DNA of 62,787 nucleotides, filler included, from Sphacelaria rigidula (lineage: Eukaryota), in assembly GCA_964200075.2 (NCBI GenBank). It is 4 parts of 4 records of this genome, joined end to end, with 100 filler letters (N's around TTAATTAATTAA, not from the genome) between each part and the next. Parts side by side here need not be neighbours in the genome. Positions count along the whole stretch, not along the records: positions 47,169 to 62,787 come from CAXNAA020001668.1; 3 more parts are not named here. One strand, given 5' to 3'. The notes below the pieces were generated by a model. That model saw nothing but the letters and a program-made list of their open reading frames with translations, did no database searches and was not told where the DNA came from. Shown here piece by piece: positions 51,071 to 62,787 of this stretch (positions are counted from its first letter, which is position 1; every line of letters starts with the position of its first letter). The position numbers and the translations under genes are program-made.

Positions 51071-51904
51071 TCAAATAGCTGTGATTGGCCCAGACATCGC
51101 GCCGCTGCCAGTCAGGCAGCTGCCACCATCGATCGCTTGAGATACAGCAGCTCCGTGCTGGCTCAGTTTGTTTGCCGCAACCTGCACGCGCCCGCCTTGC
51201 GTGTCTTCTCCTATCATAGCACCCGACCACAACTGTAGTACCAAAGAAGACGCAGCAGACAGCTGGACAGTTGTCACGTAATCATTTCAACTTCGTGTAT
51301 AGCACTTTGATCCCACCCCAATCCTGTGCAGACCGAAACACGGCATGCAGCAGTGCAACTGTTCAGGCATCCTCCGGCGCACATCACACCATGTTCGTTG
51401 TGGAATGTTAAGATGCACGAGAGCGCAGCGATAACTACAGCATAAAAAATGATGGGTGTGGGAAGCGCCATATTCGTTTGACGGAAAACGAAACAGCCAA
51501 CACACAACAGTGTGTAGCCAGCACTGCGTGCCGACAAACATAATTTTCCTCATTTTCTGTAAATACGGAGGCAGCGACAGTAAGGCAACTGACGCAATCC
51601 AAGCGGAGACCAAACCGTCTTCGCAAATGTCCGAACACACCACAGCACGGTGACAGCTACTGCACATGAGAGAGGGCGTGAGAGTGTTTGCGTTGTAGCA
51701 CGGTGTAACAGCACATGTCCCATGTCATAATTCTTCCCCTCATTCCAGACGGTTCCTCAATTTTTGCTGAGTGCCGATTGTTGAACGCGCGGCCATGATC
51801 GCGCTTCGCGCGAAAATCTTTTATTTTACTTTGAGTTACCCCTATCTGTGGGAGGTGAGCTAAGGGTTTTGCCTCGAACCCGTCCGCCACAGGACAGGCG
51901 TATT

Positions 51905-52740
51905 TTATCTGTGAACTCGTCCTCTACAAGTCAATGGATAAAAGGGTATTTGCTCACGATACGTGAAGTTGTCCTTTGCGCACAACCCCACAGAACAGAC
52001 CAGCACGTGGCGAACCGCCACCGAAGCAAATGTCATGACATTGATAGATGCTGGATAATAACATTTGGTCGAAGATGGAAGTTGGCGCAAATCGCATGTT
52101 TTACATATCCTTTAAAGATCGTGGCTCTGCCGACCTGGGCATACATAGTGCGTAAGTCTAGAATAAAAATCGCTCTTCGCGCCTTGGCTTCTCCGCTGGA
52201 ACTCTTAGACACAACAGTCGGATTTCATGTGTGACCTCGCACTCTGCAACTCAATACATGATGAGCACTCGCTGTTGACAGGCGAACTTGCCCTTTGTGC
52301 ACAGCCGTACAGAGCGAGGCAGCACCTGGTGGCATCCCACGAAGTGAAATGCCGTCACACACTGCTCGCCGCATGGAAAAAAAACACGGAGCCCAAAACG
52401 AAGCGTGTCGAACGTCGCATAGTTTGCATCTTACTCTTATATTATCATCAGTATATACATCCTAAATGCATGACCGCAGTCGCCAGCAGATGTAAGGCAG
52501 TGCACAAACTAAAATCGCTCTCAACACCTTGGCTTCTGCACTGGAGCCCCGACACAAACCAGCCGCCAGCCTTGTCTTTCTTTTGTAAACTCTCCCTCTG
52601 TAATTCGACACTTGAAAGGATACTCGGCGTTTAAAGGCGAAACTGCCCTTGGTGCACAGCCGCACAGAACAAAGCAACGCCTGGTGGCACGCAACCGAAC
52701 TGCATGTCGTCACAACGTGCTTGCGGCGAGAAAAAATATA
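51905..52740. repeat. Diverged tandem triplication, period ~320-355 bp
   Basis: Block gaa.ttg.cct.tg.gcaca.cc..acaga...cagcac.tgg.g at ~51964, 52283 and 52638; block aaaatcgctct...ccttgg at ~50919, 52166 and 52511. Confidence 0.75.
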
Positions 52741-55700
52741 TGCGCACCGACTTTTTTTTAATTTGCCATCTTCGACCTCGAAAAACGCTACTGATCCTTG
52801 ACCCAAAAGTGTCGATCACGCAACGCTTAGATCTCGGCAACGAAGCGGGGGATTGGACTGCGATTTCTTGCGTGTGCTTCCCACTCACCCAAGCTACGTC
52901 ACGTAGTTTGATGTTGGCGTTTGCGCGTAATACTGACTCGCAAATAATGCAAATATACTGAAATAAGGTGTTTTCCGCTCTGGGGGGGGGGGGTTCCGGG
53001 CCGCTGACGCGACGCCAGCAAATGTTGAACCAGTTCTCCTAGATCTTGTTGTATGCGGGGAGCTGTCAAGTGCCGTGAGCCGGCTTGCTTCCTGTGTCGA
53101 GAACCGAGCGATCTCCAGTGCTACAGTTCCCCATACTAAACCAAGTTAACAAGTGAGAAGCATGTGTTCTGTTCGTGAGGGCCTCGGCACAGGTCCGACC
53201 ACCTACTGACATGTTCATCATTCCTCCGCGTTATATACGAAGTATATTTTAATTTGGGGGCAATTTTTGTCGTAAGGGTCCTCATTCCTACCCGTAACAG
53301 TTTCCCTCATATCTTCAGCTGTACTTGGGAAACTTCCTGGTCGTTGGGAACTCGTAAAACAAGACTTTGCTTTGACAAACTTTACAGTAGTCCACTTGTA
53401 TAGGAACATAACCCTAGATTTGATCGGTCTGATGATTGTTCTTCTCGTTTCCTGCGCCGTCCCAAGGGCTCTCGAACATGCCACCCCATAAATAAAAGCA
53501 CAACCCCACCGCGTCTTCATCCACAATGCTACCGGCGCAGTTACCGTTCCGAGAGGACGCTCGCAGCCAGAGGCACGAAGGTGCTCGACAGTCATCGACC
53601 AAGTCAACCTGGTACTGGTTCGACATGGGCGTTGTATGGCTCAAGAAATTATTGTGGTGCACGACCCCACGAGCCAAATCGAGCCTAAACACCATTCAAG
53701 TTTCTCAACTGCTGGAGCCGTCTGCGCCGAGGGTATCCTCTTGTACTCATGATTCGAAAAATCAACATGCCAATCAAAAGCATCAAGTATGGCTGTACTG
53801 TTTTACTGTACAACATATTTACACAACTCGGACCGGACAGTACGCTGACGGCATGAGCTGTATCTTGCGCGTGCTCGTAGCACAGATTAAAATATGGTGC
53901 ACACGGAAAGCTAGCTCGGAAGAAATTGCACAACGCGTTTTGGGCGTTTTAGGTGGTCATGTGTCGTGCAACCAGCATCAGCACCGGCATAGACCAGAGT
54001 TGCAGCGTACCAGAGCACAGCCTCTACAATCGCTCGTGTTATCACCACGAAATGAATACACTTGACAACTTCACGTAGATGAGACCCCAGATGTGGAGTG
54101 CAAACAGCTATAATACGGCGCAGTAGTGCAGCTGCAAAACGGAGTACTGTTGCACGGCTCAACAAGAGCAGTAGCGCAGCAGTATGCAGCATGTCGACCC
54201 CGCCGTCACCTATTTTCACACACAACATACTCCCTACACACGACTTCTGAGTCCAACTAGTTTCGAATGTCCGTACTGCAATAGAATACACTCAGGAGTA
54301 CTACATCATTTATCAGGGAGACTCTAGATAGAGCCTAAGAGTGACTTGCGGCTCCGACCCTGCCCGAAACAACACGAACCGGAGAATGATCTCGTGCACA
54401 GCCGCCAGCATAGGGGGTGATATCTACCATGATAAAGGTAATGATCGCCACAACCAACACCGTGTTCCCACACAAGTAAGCGATGGCATAGTGACTATCG
54501 AGAAAGACGTACCATACTCCGCAACCAAGGATAAAAATGCAAGACTACATCCGATGCAGTCCAACGGTACAGTACAATCAAGGCAGTCTAGTGTATCATA
54601 AAAACGTGGAACGCTCAGTCTTTCCTCTCCCCTTGTCCTTTACATCGTTGTGGGGTGCGGGGAAACGTAGCACCCCCCCCCTCCCGGCGTCCACATGTCG
54701 ACAGCACCAAATGTGTTCAGTCGTATGGCTGTCTTGCCTACCAGTTACCCTGCATGGACACCGCGGACATACAGGCTGATATCAAGGCTATGGCCCAATT
54801 ATCGAGCATAGATGCACCCCTTATTTCTCGCGAGTCATGCACGGCGTAGGACAGGGCAGTGCAATGAATATATGCACCTGCTCTGTTGGAACTCAGTAGA
54901 CAGGACGGAATCCATCTACCACGGTGTGGCCAGAGGCAACCCTCTGTTTCTGGTGTCAGTTTCTCTTACCTTCCCTCCTTTCTTCGGCGGCATTGCTCGA
55001 GTTCAGTACAAAGGCAAAGACAGGGGCTCTATCGGTGCTCCTGTGACCCTTGGTGGTGATCGCTACCTTAGCCCTCCTTCTCAGGAAGCGATTGGTCAGG
55101 CAGAAAACTACCCAATGCTTGCCAGTCAAACCAGCTCCAAGCACAGGAAAATAATAACGAGCCAACGCAGCTTCCATTGGAAAATAAGAAAGTCCAGAGA
55201 AACACCTACAGTCAGTATCATGGTATAGTCTCATTGTCTGTCGTGCCTGTCAGAACCTGTACCCTTGTAACATGGAGTTGTTACATTCGTACATTCATAT
55301 GAGGCGAAGATACATTTCTATCGAGTGTCCAATGCGAGACACAAGATCGGTATGCTCACATGAAACACATGCCTACAGATTTTTTTTGGCAGATACGCAG
55401 CGCTCGGTGTTGTGAATTTTTCCAATTGCGCAATTCTGGGCGAAAAATAGCTTTTAGTCCCATGTGGACGCGAACACACCAAGGCAGAAGGTATATACCT
55501 TTTCAGGACTAGCCCTAATGCAAAGCCCGAATTCGGTACTCCTGGTATTTGTATTTTGTAGATGATATTGATGACCGCGGGAAATTCTCCGGTGCCTGTT
55601 GCTTGGAAAATAAGATTATGAAGATGGTGCTGGTTGGTGAATAATCGTGCAGAATGTACGAGCTTCATCGAACTCTCACACATGGGAGGGCAGCGGGCGA

Positions 55701-58084
55701 TTAACCTCTCAATCTTTGTCCCATCGCGGACCTGACAAATCTAGCACGTGGCGAACGTTATCATCAAAAAATGGAAATATTGCACACGTGACAGCTCGTG
55801 AGGTTCCGTCCTCCTTTCTTCTTTCCTTTTTGAGGCCGTTGCTTCCGTCTTTTTCTGTTTCTTTTTCTTCTTTTTTTCTTTCAATATCCCGTTTTTTTTG
55901 CTGCTTCTGACCACGGGCTGGATTGTTGCAATCAGGTAATAATAATGTGAGATAATCAACCAATCAATGAAATGCATATTTATCATTATTATTAGTGCAC
56001 GAATCCGGATCATGAGCTAGCTCAATTGATCCCTGTCCACATATTTACTCGCGACAGCGCTGGATGCCGAGCACGCGTGGTCCACTCCACACGCGAGGCC
56101 AAACAGAGCACGGCTTTTGGTGAAAATCAACATCAGCAACAGTGCATGCTGCGCTGTCCTACGTCCGTGAAATATTGAATATTGAATATTGAATATCAAA
56201 CATTGAATGTCAGATACTCAAATACTCTTTTCTCGGCGTCTCTTTCTTACTATTTTCTGATTGTTGTTACATATTTTGTCTTTATTTGAAGTCTTAGAAG
56301 AAACGATGAGAGCTCTATCTCTTGTAAGGAGTAGCAGGGACGGCTCGGAGACGGTCGGTATTGGAAAGGCGAGCCTGCGTCTGCAACCACGGGTTCGAGA
56401 GATTGGGCAAATGCACCGAAACAATAATAATAAGAGTAATAATTTAATATTTGTATGTCAGACATCATGGGTAGGGGGTTACCGTTCATCAGATTTAGTT
56501 ACCCCCCAACACTACCACACCCCACACGATTTCAGATCGACAACGCTCAGGGCACGGTTGACTCAAACCAACAAGATAAGCACAAGAACGCCCGTCAGCC
56601 GACAGCTGTATCAGGAACTTCCCGCTTTCACAGGAAGCTACTGTTGTCTGTACTGTATTATACGATCCTTTGACGTCCGCGATCAACTGAAGCAAACACA
56701 TCAACATGTTGGGTGTAGCGATGCTGAGCCCGCAACAGGTATGGCAACCGAGGGTTGCTCGCCAAGAGCACACGACTTCCTGCCAGCTAACCGCCGAGAA
56801 CTCGCAAGACGCAGGCCGACCGCTGCCAGACTATGCTACACCTGCACACGATAGCGGTGTATGCGGAGCAAGAGAGGTGAGCCAACGTGTCGGCACACTT
56901 CTTGTGCTGCTGTACTTCTTCGCGTGCTGACCTCGTCAGTCAGTCTCGCATCACTGAATGCCAGTGGTCACCATGTCATCCGTGTCGAAGCGTTTGCCCG
57001 TGGTTCTCACAACACCCGGTGTACTAATGGAGCGGGTACATGAGATGGCGGCATAGTGTACAGGAGACGATTGGGCTGATGTAAGAGTTTCAGTCTACTG
57101 AACGGGGTTGGTGTTCGAGTTTCAGTCTGTGCGAACACCCTATTTTCTGTACGGTCCGGGCTGTGTTTCGTTTCGGTCGCACTCGGGTTCAACCAAGCGG
57201 GACAGAGATCATGCCTCGGGCAGCACAGACTTTTCGGTGGCAGGTTGATAAAAGTCTTGACCGCCAGATCATGTGTCGACTGAGGGGTGGAACAAGGACG
57301 AACCCGTCCTTGCTGGGGGTGAGAAGAGAGCCCAGCGTGTTGGTGTAGGTCGTCTGCCACCACGGTGCTGACAACACCCTTGACCTGCTTGTGTTTATCA
57401 CGCTTGATGCATACACTATAGTACACGTATAGTAGTACACAATAGTAGTGTATGTCTGCACAGCACTTCGAAATGTCCGCAGGGGAATTTGTCTTGGGCC
57501 AGGTGTACAGATATTCGTTCGTAGTGCCCACCGTGACCGCAAGCATGTGCATATACAAGCAGGAGTACTACAGCGGCCTAACGCTCAAAGAACCCCCCCA
57601 AGAACCCCCCCTCCGCCCCCACTCCCAAAGCCCCGAGCTTCGCCCGACGATCATCTGAGGTGAATTCGTGAAGAAAATGTGGACCCGATTAGTATAGCTG
57701 TAGCTGTATGATCTGATATGGAAATAGATGTATTCGCGTATACCCAACTTTTCTCCCGAATTTATGTGACACAGCTTGGACACAGGAGTAATTTTTTCAT
57801 GAATATTCGTCGAAGGGATGAGAGAAAATTACCACATGAACATGACATATTTTCAATTGCGAGAGGGGTTCAGCAAAATCCCTTTCCCTCGTCACCCACT
57901 TTTGGAACCCACTGACGATTCTTGTTTTTGATGAATCGGCATCATTTTGACTCGAAAATGACTGATTATGATGCCGATTCACAAAATCAGATATCGTTGA
58001 TGGGTTCCAAGTTCCAAGAGGGCTGTCGAATTTTGTGTACCCACGACATAGTTGCTCTCCACTGTTGAGCATCATGTAAGGAAA

Positions 58085-58170
58085 AAATCCAGATCGCTCC
58101 GAGATTCGAACCCACGACCCAACCGCCAGAAGGCTTCAAGGTTACCAACTGAGCGCCCGGGGCATCCGGC
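58085..58170 (-). mobile_element. tRNA-derived SINE head / tRNA pseudogene
   Basis: A-box gctcagttggt and B-box ggttcgaatct followed by a T-run, without a clean cloverleaf. Homolog at 4838-4927(+); other B-box heads near 6315-6390, 31105-31190 and 61930-62010. Confidence 0.65.
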
Positions 58171-59110
58171 TTGGGGTATATCAGGCTTGGGTACATGCCA
58201 AAAAAAGGAAACGACACCAACGTCCTAGGGCGGTCGACATCGGAAACAAACCTGCGGCTTGGGGTTTTTCGCGAAATTTGAAAGACGTTTTTTTTTTGTC
58301 ATATATTTGTCATCGAATTCATTAGTAACCCGTGAACATCACATACATGAAGTACAATGCACCCTCACACGTCGACTGGCGCTTACAACATCCAGGATAA
58401 CCGGGAATACCTGTCGCTTCTTGTCCAGCAGATGTTTACACGTCGAGGTGTGCTTGTGTGTGGTGTGTGTTCGAGTGCGAAGGCAACACCACTCGGTAGA
58501 CGTCTGCTAAACAAAAGGCGACAGTTCACCCGCGAGTACGGAATATCCCGTTTGCCCTGTACTTCCGGGTTACCTTATTATGGTTGTTTTCTATTGTGAT
58601 GATGATAATGATGATGATCATGATGATAATAACAGCCCGTGTTCTCTGTTCGATCCTCGAGGCGTGTTTTCTGAGCCTTGAACTGTTGCCATCGTGTTTG
58701 ATCGCCCTTGTGCGGTGCAACCGATGACGCCTCGCGATTGTCGTCCACACTAGCCGATACTGGATACTTGTACCCGCAATATTCTCATGTTCGATTGTAG
58801 AAGCTGTGTGTACGTGTCACGTGATGGTGCTTTCATTTCTCTTGAAGCTGCGCCATAAGCGACACAGTGTGCGATGTGTGATGTCCTGAACGACGCTCAA
58901 ACACCAGGAACAAAATGCACAACAGTACCGTGCAACGCCGCGCTATGTACGCGGCTGACCAAACGCCTTTGGACGAGACAACATAGAGTATTCCGAGCAG
59001 CAGATCGATGTCGACGTGCCAGCGGTATTATCAGCAAAAGCGGCGTCATCCACATCGATAGACCTCGTTCCCGTCCCGTGACCCTTGTCCAAGCAGAAGG
59101 AATCATATAG

Positions 59111-61666
59111 AGTCAAGGAAGGAGGAGCCTCCCGTGCCGCCGCCGCCAGGCTTAAGAAAGGTGCGCCCCGAGACTCGTCCTTGGATCGCGAGGTACAGCG
59201 GTCCATCAACTGCCCAATGGAGCTCGCGATTCCACCGGCCAGCAGGCTGAAGAAGGCAGGGTCGGCACCCCTCATGGCGGCAATGGCCATGGACTGGCTT
59301 GACCGCCAGCACCCCCACGACGTCGAGGAGCTCGGGAAGGGGCAGTTCGGCGAGGTGGTGAAGGCTGGGCCCTACGCCATTAAGATCTTGAAGGCGAGTT
59401 TATGTTGTATCGACTTGTGCATGTAAACAAACCGGGTGTGCACTCACTGTTCACGGTCGTTGCACTCGAAAGGCCCACTTTTTATTTTTCAACTGTTTTT
59501 TGGCACATATACTGTATGGATGTGTTATTTGGGGATGGTCGCTTTGCGCCTTATGCCTGTTTTGTGTGTCCACGTTGTTGAGATATTGTCTTCCGTTCGA
59601 GGCACTCGACTTGACAACTCCTGGAAAGCCAGGAAAAGTGGAACATAGAGGTGATGAGTAGACACCTCGATTAAACGAGTGTATGTACTTATACTACGGT
59701 CATATTTTGTGTCCCATTGCGTGCGTCGAGCTACCTTATCATTGCACGCGCACAAAGACGATACAACACAGACTCGCGTTCACAATCTCCACTGCGTAAG
59801 ATCCAACCGCGAGGACTTAGCCGAACTATTTTTGCCCGAGCTTCGACTGCCCTGGGGCGTTGCTTCGCCAGCCAGTCCATGCCCGTTGCCGCGTTCGTGA
59901 TTTTTTTTTGTAACAACAGGTCTAATTTGAAACCAAATAAAAAGTGGTATCTCGACACACACGAAGCCCCGCTCTTTCCAGTGCTTGAGAAGTGCAGTCA
60001 AACAGTCGAAGAGACACGGGAAACGAAAACCCTGCTCCGTACAACACAGAAACAGCATTGAAAATAGTTGGGATCAAGTTCGTATCGTACAGATTATACG
60101 GTCTTCGTATAGCCGTCCCTTCAAGCCGCACACCATGCACCAACAACCTGGAGAGCAAAAGCTTTCTTCAGCCGTCACAGAGAGGGGCAATGCGAGAGAG
60201 AGGCCACTGGCTCCTCGTGGGAACACGCGACCTACAGTAGAAAGAGATGCCCTCAATGTCTTGACGGATCCACGAAGCGGACCAGACTCACGATGCTTGG
60301 CCGTCCCCCCAACTTGCCCGACACGTGCCGCGCTGCTGTCTTTAGGCTGGAGGAGACACGGAGACCCAGCTCAAGGAGATGGCCGCGTATCACTGGTGAG
60401 ATACATTGCAGAACAGAACCATGCAATCACCCCTGAAGATGCTGTACTGCGCTGTGCTGGAGCTCCGAAACGCGGGCTTAGTTTACACACACTGGGGTGA
60501 TGTGCGCACGGAGAAGTACGTGCATTGGTATTTTTGTTCCTCAGGCGCGCAACGTACTTGACACACGCAGCTTGCTTGAGTGGATTAGGCAGTGCGCTTC
60601 GATTTGTTCTTCGTTGTGTGTGTTTGATACGAGTTGTCCACGCAGTATGCTTGTCCCGCTTGGGTGTTGGAAATGTCTACGCTTTGGCAACATCCATGCA
60701 GAATACATGGTTCCGTCGGAGTCTGTTTCGTTGAGTTATTTGTCCTTTGTCTCGACTGCAGTTTCCAGTAAAAACTTTTGCATTTTGGCTTTCCTGTACA
60801 CAACTGATTTGTTCCTGCTACAGTCGACTGCGTGCAGAATACCGACAGAGGGAAAAGTGTCTGCCTGCGACAGAACAGCTCTGCACCAGTAGCAAATGAC
60901 GATTAATTAGTGCATTTGCCGTACGTATAGTTAGAGCTGTTCTAGAGAGGATTGCCTGGTCCAGCAGAATCATCAGACCGTGTGCCGGCCCTGCGCTTTG
61001 TCACTGCTTTCCCCTGTGTCATGATCCAGGGCTGAGAAGCAGGCGCATGTGATAGAAGCCGTAGGGATGGACCCGACCCGCAGAGACATGCCTCTGGTGA
61101 TGAAGAGGGCCCGGACCGACCTCGGCAGGCTGGTGAATGACGCACCAGCCTCAAGTTTGATGACGTGAGTCTAAGCGAGCTACGGGCATCGCGATGTTCG
61201 TGCTCGTCTGGTCGGTGAACAAGTACCTGTGGGTTGCATGTTTTCTTTGCTGGATGGTGATATCGTCGAGAGACCTGTGGTCTGTCTAGTCAGGGTAGTG
61301 CTTGGTCCCATCGTCATGAACCAAACGCTGCAGCAGTAGGCGCAAATGCTCTGGTGATTTCAGCTCGTGCTTTCCAATCGGACCGTCTGTGGTGGCCCTC
61401 ATTAAACAGTGACCAAATACTGCGTGTGTCGTGGTGCTGACGCAGGCGTTGTACCGCTCTGGCGTGTCGTGTGACATGTGTCGTGTATCGTGTATTGTGT
61501 ATCGTGTATCGTGCAAGCAGATATTGCCGCGATGCCGCCGATGGCATCCGCAACCTACACGTCGTGGGTTTCTCCCACAATGACGTAGAGGCGGCGAATG
61601 TGTTTCTGGTGGACACCCCCGGCGGGGAACTGGAGGGCTTGATGGGAGACCTTGGCTTCGCTTCCG
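59111..61666 (+). CDS. Atypical protein kinase or pseudokinase, spliced, partial (possibly a pseudogene)
   Basis: Exons ~59111-59393 (ELGKGQFGEVVKAGPYAIKILK, GC donor aag|gcgagt), 60346-60395 (AGGDTETQLKEMAAYH, alphaC Glu), 61030-61164 (HVIEAVGMDPTRRDMPLVMKRARTDLGRL) and 61521-61666 (YCRDAADGIRNLHVVGFSHNDVEAANVFLV...MGDLGFAS). Phases are compatible and subdomains I-VII are in order. The 5' boundary is approximate. Confidence 0.8.
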
Positions 61667-62787
61667 GTGAGAGACAACCCAGCATTCCTGAGTGTGCAAT
61701 GGAAGATTTTAACTTTTGTAGAAAAACACTCGAGGTGAAGTGGATCGGTCATGAACAGACATCAAATACATTGGTTCGCCACAATATCAGATATCGACAC
61801 ATTAATCAGTCACGAAATATCGTGTATCGTTCAACGCATCGACGATATTTGCAAAAAACGACTGATATATCGGTCTGGTTTGGAGATATCAATATCTGGC
61901 CGATAGATTTGGCTCAGATATCGATGCGCCCAGGTAGTCTAGCTGAGACAACTGAAAGTTGCTTAGGTGGGAGGTATCGAGGATTCGAGTCCCAGCCGGT
62001 GCGTTTGTTCCCCCTGACAAGTATCTAACTTCGTTGTTAAAGACGCGAGGATGTGAGGAAAAGAAGCAAAAGTGGCGAGATATGACGCGATGCGGTATTG
62101 CTGATCCAGTCCGCGATACTGTACCGAAATGTACGTCGTGTACCGGGAGAGGAGTGAGTAGATTCCTCTGGACTGTGAACTCACCTCCAGCAAGGAGCAG
62201 GGGTTGAAAGTATGGTGGATCTGACACAAAATGGACATATCGTGACGATATGATACATGGCAACTCACGGAGAGGATGACGAGAGTTGAAAGTTTGGTGG
62301 AAAACAAAACGCACTCTACTGGCTACTGGGGACGGCGTACTCCCACTTGCCGTACCATAATGGTTACTGCAGTCACTGCTACACCTGTACAACGGTCACC
62401 TTCATATCGATCTGTCATGTTTCGAGTGGTATATCGATATACAGGCTAGGCCAGCTGAGAGTGACTTGTAAATGTATTTTGGCGATGCTGTGGGTAATTT
62501 AAAGGGTTAGGCACTGAAATTTTGACACAACACTTGTATCATCACTACGCACAACATTTCTTGAGGTGCACTCGCGAAAAAAAAACAAAAAACAGGAAGT
62601 TAGAGCGATTCGAAGTTCTTGCTAAAACTACAAAAATGCTAGAACACCACGAAAAAAAACACGGATGAACCTCGAGGAATGTCGTGCGCAGTGATGATAA
62701 ACATGACACTTTCTACGATAGACCCCTCCAAAAAAGTGCATGGTTTCGGGAGGCAAAATGATCACGTGAATCGAAATGGGAAAAGCC

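Overview
Eukaryotic, intron-rich, repeat-dense DNA, most likely a brown alga (Phaeophyceae). That assignment is inferred from kb-sized introns, stramenopile-like proteins and TTAGGG-type repeats. The window is not one locus: it is four scaffolds of 15623, 15623, 15622 and 15619 bp joined by identical 100-bp spacers (N44-TTAATTAATTAA-N44), so adjacency across spacers means nothing. Scaffold 1 (1-15623) is almost entirely MITEs, palindromes, SINE-like pieces and satellites. Scaffold 2 holds a head-to-head pair: the complex I 24-kDa subunit (NDUFV2, with a GC-AG intron) and a CPFC glutaredoxin, both 3'-truncated. Scaffold 3 holds six in-phase exons of a phosphate-carrier-like SLC25 protein with an unusual N-terminal GSGY/SAPP repeat region, plus a LINE remnant. 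Scaffold 4 holds one OLA1/YchF exon, a decayed region with a GxxExxY (PD-(D/E)XK) nuclease-like remnant and a ~320-355-bp triplication, and an atypical kinase (HNDVEAAN) whose P-loop exon has an inverted copy in the next intron. Most listed ORFs are noise; the gene models were spliced by hand. No complete novel system can be proven. The best leads are the carrier fusion, the nuclease/kinase region and the Crypton-like telomere-repeat MITEs.
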